From contig CAXXHB010000003.1 of NCBI GenBank assembly GCA_963664815.2, positions 608,001 through 672,000 on the forward strand: a stretch of DNA of 64,000 nt. The letters are read 5' to 3'. Made by a program: the position numbers and the translations under genes. The notes beneath the pieces were generated by a model. The model saw nothing but the letters and a program-made list of their open reading frames with translations. It did no database searches and was not told the DNA's origin. Within the stretch, counting starts at the first letter, position 1. Each line of letters begins with the position of its first letter. Source of the DNA: Spirochaetota bacterium. GTDB lineage: Bacteria; Spirochaetota; UBA4802; UBA5550. Of the stretch, positions 59,919 to 64,000 are shown in pieces.

Positions 59919-60674
59919 TCAGTCCATCAGGTAATTAAGGGCTACGGTTCTGTATTCGTGGTTTTTACTGATAATCAGCGGATAATTTGCACTGCTGAAA
60001 AGATGAACCTGCGCTTTTTTAAATAGCGTCACTGATTCTTTCAGTCTCCCCTCCATGTCGGGGAGAAGATCGTATCCGCTGCTTCCAGCTAGTAGTATTG
60101 GGCAGCCTATAAGGCCTGCATCTCCATGAAGAAATCCGCCACCGGCATCTACCAGATCTTCAAGCATGGCATTGTCTTCATCAAGAACTTTTTCCCATCT
60201 TGAACCGTTCATAGACTGGAAAAAGGATTTCAGTTCAGATTTTTTTGCGCGTTCCCTGAAATGAAGAATGGTATTCAGATAATCAAGGTCCGGTACAATA
60301 CCCGGAAGACTCTCAGCCAGAATATTTTTTACAATTGGCGGATTAACGAGTGCCATATTCAGCGCTACAAGCGCACCGCCACCAAGGCCTATAATTGAAA
60401 CTTTTTTGATTTTTTCTTTTTCACAAAGCTCTGATATCGCAATTGCATTGCTTACCCAGAAGTTATTCTGGGTATCGGACGATGCAGGCGATTTTCCATG
60501 ACCTGAAAGATCTATTATCATGGTATTGAAATAACTGGAATAAAACTTTATTTCGGTATCAAATATTTTTGAGGATTGACCATTGTCATGAATCAACAGC
60601 AGGTTGTTAAAATTGCTTTTTGTATTGTATATATTATAATATATTTTGTTGTACTTATTTTTGTAGGATGACAT
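59919..60674 (-). CDS. Alpha/beta-hydrolase-fold protein lacking canonical catalytic residues
   Basis: LLLIH, IDLSGHGKS, nucleophile elbow GLGGG (no Ser), CPILL.G...D, no catalytic His (ANYP). Confidence 0.8.
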   Translation of the reverse strand: MSSYKNKYNKIYYNIYNTKSNFNNLLLIHDNGQSSKIFDTEIKFYSSYFNTMIIDLSGHGKSPASSDTQNNFWVSNAIAISELCEKEKIKKVSIIGLGGGALVALNMALVNPPIVKNILAESLPGIVPDLDYLNTILHFRERAKKSELKSFFQSMNGSRWEKVLDEDNAMLEDLVDAGGGFLHGDAGLIGCPILLAGSSGYDLLPDMEGRLKESVTLFKKAQVHLFSSANYPLIISKNHEYRTVALNYLMD

Positions 60675-60864
60675 ATAATGGTCCTGTAGTTTTATTTTAA
60701 GTATTAGACAGGAAAAAATAGTTTCGTTTAATTTTCAATAATTATTCTTATACATGTATGTAAGTGCAAGAAATTATTTAATAAATCCCTGTATAATTTA
60801 GAGGGATTATAGAGCAATTCTTCCGGTAAATTCCAGTGATAAATACACATCAGAAGGTAAAGTT

Positions 60865-63249
60865 ATGGATGATATTATTAACGTGGCCAGGACTGAAGCT
60901 TTAAATGACGACTATGAAAATTTCAGACTGAATTTTGCCAAGACTCTTGAGTATGTAAAAGTATTCCCGTGGACGCTTGATGTCAAGGCGATGAAGTTTA
61001 ATAATATTTTCGGGACAGATATTCTTTTATCGAAAAACCATTTAAATGCGGATTTAAAGGAATGGATTCAGATAATTCATCCGGATGATAAATCAAAGGT
61101 TTCTCCGCTTCTTAACAACATACTTGAGGGGACTATAGATGAACTATCAATAGATTACAGGGTAAAAAAGACTTCAACAGATTATATGTGGGTAAAGACA
61201 ATTGCAAAAATCAGAAAAAAGGATGATTCAGGAAAGCCTCTTATAATTGCCGGGATCAATCAGGATATTACCAGGGGTAAACTGCTTGAGATGCAGACCC
61301 TTAAAAAAGAAAAGAAAATCCGTGAGAGCGAAAGCAGGCTCAGGAATGTAATGAAAATCGGCAGGATGTCAATATGGGAATATAACTATGAGTTTGAGAC
61401 TATGACAACCGACAGAAAGATGGCAAAGGTATGGGGGCTTGATGATTATTACGAGAGGGGAGAGGCTGTCCGAACTGATGTTCTTGCAGGAGTTATACAC
61501 CCTGAGGATAGGGATAATGTACTGGAAAGATTCAGACATTCAGTTGAAAAAAATGAAAGTTTTGAAATGTGCTTCAGAATAGTAGTTAAAGGAGATGTTA
61601 AATACATTAATTATGTTGGCGAAGTAATCTTTAATGATGATGGGAAGCCTGTAATACTTTTAGGGGTAACTCAGGATATTACAAAGATGAAAAGTCTGGA
61701 GGATTCTCTGGCAAGGCAGTATGACGGATTGAGATTTATTTCTGAGAAGGCTGGTCTTGGTTTATGGGAGTTTAATACCCGGGAAAATTCTATTTTTATA
61801 ATAACCAGGGACGATAAAAAAACAGAACCGGATAGTATATACAGAAGAATTTCGATGGAGGATTTTAACAGAATAATTCATCATGAAGATTTTGAAATGT
61901 TTCAGTCCAAGGTGAATTCTCATGTTTATAAAGAGGGGGATGTTATAGATTTTGATATTCGGATAAATACGGAAAATGAAACATACAGATGGTTCCACAT
62001 CACGGCTGTTGTTGATAAAATTGATGAGTATGGAAATCCGGCAGAGTGTAAAGGTTTGTATCAGGATATAACAGAAAGAAAAGAGATAGAGGAGAGGTTA
62101 TATCAGTCACAGAAAATGGAGGCTATCGGCAGGCTTGCCGGAGGGATCGCGCATGATTTTAATAATCTTCTGCAGGTAATACTTGGTTATGGCAGCCTTG
62201 CACTGATGGATGCTGAAAACAACAGCGATATGCTGGAAAATATTACTCATATTGTAGATTCTGGTGAAAAAGCCAAAAGCCTTGTCAGGCAGCTTTTACT
62301 CTTTGCCAGAAGAGAAAAATTCAGGCCAAGCCCCGTAGCGCTTAATGACCTTATTTCAGGTTTTATAAAAATGATGAAAAGGGTTATCGGTGAAAATATT
62401 ACACTAACGTTTAACCCTGATGCAGAGATTCAGTATATCCATGGAGATATAGGGCAGCTGGAACAGGTTTTTATGAATTTGTGTATCAATGCAAGGGATG
62501 CTCTTGGTGGTAGCGGTTCAATAATAATAACAACAAGGAATATTACTGTTGATGAGTACTGGCCATGCTATGGCAGCAGTATATCTCCGGGAACATATGT
62601 GATGCTCAGTTTATCAGATACAGGATACGGAATCCCTGCAGAAAATATTAATCATATATTTGAGCCTTTTTTCACAACGAAAGATAAAAATATGGGTACG
62701 GGATTGGGACTCGCGACGGTTTACTCAATAGTGAATCAGCATAACTCATATATCGATGTTCACAGTATAACCGGTAAAGGTACAACATTTTCAATATATT
62801 TCCCTGTTTATGGGGCAGCAATACCTGTTTTTCCTCAGATGGAAAAAGAAAAAGCGGAACAAAGATATAGCGGCAATGAAACAGTATTACTTGCTGAGGA
62901 TGATGATCTCATAAGAAAATATACAGAACGTATATTACGGGATTCAGGATATAATGTTATTACAGCCGAAGATGGAGAGATGGCACTAAATCTCTTCAAT
63001 AAAAACAGTGATAAAATCGATCTGCTTGTATTTGATGTTGTTATGCCTAAAAAAAACGGATGGGATGTATACAGCGAAATAAGGGAAAAAAGGAGGAATA
63101 TCCCTGTCTTATTTTTCAGCGGGTACGACCAGAATCTGCTGCCCATGAACGCAATGGATACTTTCCCAATGGCTTATGTGCAGAAGCCATTCAAGTATTA
63201 TAGTGTGATAAAGGCAGTCAATGAACTCCTTGACAGGAAAAAAACATAG
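60865..63249 (+). CDS. Multi-PAS hybrid histidine kinase with C-terminal REC
   Basis: Three PAS_3 repeats (IHPDD/IHPED/IHHED...QDIT); QSQKMEAIGRLAGGIAHDFNN; GTGLGL; DVVMP. Confidence 0.94.
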   Translation: MDDIINVARTEALNDDYENFRLNFAKTLEYVKVFPWTLDVKAMKFNNIFGTDILLSKNHLNADLKEWIQIIHPDDKSKVSPLLNNILEGTIDELSIDYRVKKTSTDYMWVKTIAKIRKKDDSGKPLIIAGINQDITRGKLLEMQTLKKEKKIRESESRLRNVMKIGRMSIWEYNYEFETMTTDRKMAKVWGLDDYYERGEAVRTDVLAGVIHPEDRDNVLERFRHSVEKNESFEMCFRIVVKGDVKYINYVGEVIFNDDGKPVILLGVTQDITKMKSLEDSLARQYDGLRFISEKAGLGLWEFNTRENSIFIITRDDKKTEPDSIYRRISMEDFNRIIHHEDFEMFQSKVNSHVYKEGDVIDFDIRINTENETYRWFHITAVVDKIDEYGNPAECKGLYQDITERKEIEERLYQSQKMEAIGRLAGGIAHDFNNLLQVILGYGSLALMDAENNSDMLENITHIVDSGEKAKSLVRQLLLFARREKFRPSPVALNDLISGFIKMMKRVIGENITLTFNPDAEIQYIHGDIGQLEQVFMNLCINARDALGGSGSIIITTRNITVDEYWPCYGSSISPGTYVMLSLSDTGYGIPAENINHIFEPFFTTKDKNMGTGLGLATVYSIVNQHNSYIDVHSITGKGTTFSIYFPVYGAAIPVFPQMEKEKAEQRYSGNETVLLAEDDDLIRKYTERILRDSGYNVITAEDGEMALNLFNKNSDKIDLLVFDVVMPKKNGWDVYSEIREKRRNIPVLFFSGYDQNLLPMNAMDTFPMAYVQKPFKYYSVIKAVNELLDRKKT

Positions 63250-63292
63250 AAATATTTTTCTGTAAGGATTAAAATAGCTTATCTGATAACCC

Positions 63293-63316
63293 GTTTCAGG
63301 CCTTTCGGCCTGAAAC
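63293..63316. terminator. Hairpin between convergent kinase and hypC genes
   Basis: GTTTCAGGCC-TTTC-GGCCTGAAAC (GAAA tetraloop on the minus strand). Confidence 0.6.
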
Positions 63317-63336
63317 CGGCGATGTTAATCTCCGAT

Positions 63337-63579
63337 TCAGGCGCGCCTGTTGTCCTCTTTCGCAAGGATTTCATAATACTCAGTCCAGGTTTCCTCAATT
63401 TCTCTTGCCTGTTCCTCGTCAAGTTTTTCAATAATAAATCCCGCATGAACCAGGACTTTATCGTTTAACTGAAGGTCAGGTATCATGGCGTAGTTTACCT
63501 GCGTTTCAACTCCATTGGCCATTGCTGTTGCATAACTCCCTTCAATCTTTGTTATAGTCATCGGTATTGCAAGGCACAT
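63337..63579 (-). CDS. hypC: Hydrogenase maturation chaperone HypC
   Basis: MCLAIP N-terminus, VLVHAGF.I..LDEE.A; RBS AGGAGA (ORF track start at 63630 is too long). Confidence 0.96.
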   Translation of the reverse strand: MCLAIPMTITKIEGSYATAMANGVETQVNYAMIPDLQLNDKVLVHAGFIIEKLDEEQAREIEETWTEYYEILAKEDNRRA

Positions 63580-63599
63580 ATTTTTTCTCCTGTTTTTAC

Positions 63600-63648
63600 T
63601 CCTCATCCGCCCTTCGGGCTTATTCCCCATGATGAGACGGGGAATGGC
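63600..63648. repeat. REP-like double-hairpin element
   Basis: CCTCATCC-GCCC-TTCG-GGC followed by TTATTCCCC-N10-GGGGAATGG; GC-rich in an AT-rich background. Confidence 0.45.
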
Positions 63649-63760
63649 TTTTTACCTGAGGTGTTATTAAATTAACCATCTTATCATTATAACTCTTATT
63701 CTGTACATCTCCCCCCCCATTTTTCATGTGGGAGATGCTGCTAATGCGACAGAGTGAAAG

Positions 63761-64000
63761 TCAGCATATTCTCGGGAGCTGTTCTTCCACAAGAAGAGGT
63801 AAAAGTCTTTTACCTCCGATAAATGTTTCCAGATATACTTTTCCGGGATATAGTGAATCTATCTCCCCGATTATCGCGGTATTTCTGCCGTACTCGTTTT
63901 GTTTCATTATATCAACCATACCATCTGCATCTTCCGGCCTGCAGATAATTACAACTTTTCCTTCATTGGCCACGTATAGAGGATCGAGTCCAAGAAGAGA
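63761..64000 (-). CDS. hypE: Hydrogenase maturation protein HypE, 3' part (runs off the window)
   Basis: LDPLYVANEGK...AIIGE...GGKR...EQLPRIC with the C-terminal PRIC. Confidence 0.96.
   Translation of the reverse strand, partial: SLLGLDPLYVANEGKVVIICRPEDADGMVDIMKQNEYGRNTAIIGEIDSLYPGKVYLETFIGGKRLLPLLVEEQLPRIC

Overview
AT-rich bacterial chromosomal segment. The rpoN-hpf-hprK-ptsH gene order, unlinked 5S rRNA, many lipoproteins and a WG-repeat protein suggest a free-living, probably anaerobic Spirochaetota (Leptospirae-related) genome; this is inference. Contents in order: a DUF6174-like/M6 metalloprotease pair, an orphan 5S rRNA gene, ilvBNC, tkt, a receptor-less chemosensory operon (cheA-STAS-cheY-cheW-cheD-cheR-cheD-cheB), one bounded IS701-like element (19-bp IRs, 7-bp target duplication), the rpoN to ntrY/ntrX-like to udg-like to priA region, ribH-nusB-TPR-dgt-DUF1285-VKOR/DsbA, several signalling proteins, trpB2, a decayed V-ATPase remnant, a Crp/Fnr (HcpR-like) module and the end of a hyp operon. 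The best candidate for an undescribed system is a stand-alone two-gene operon (46320-45410, minus strand). It pairs a pyruvoyl-type SAM decarboxylase with a SET/post-SET protein whose SAM-amino-binding Asn is replaced by Leu, and no spermidine synthase is nearby. This suggests a possible dcSAM-dependent aminopropyl-transfer or polyamine-methylation system. Other notable items: a tandem MshEN (c-di-GMP-binding) motif inside CheA, a His-less second CheD, an M6 protease with an inserted membrane hairpin and internal lipobox, a frameshift-split transposase, and tandem LacI-type operators upstream of trpB2. All family calls come from motif recognition by eye; no searches were run.
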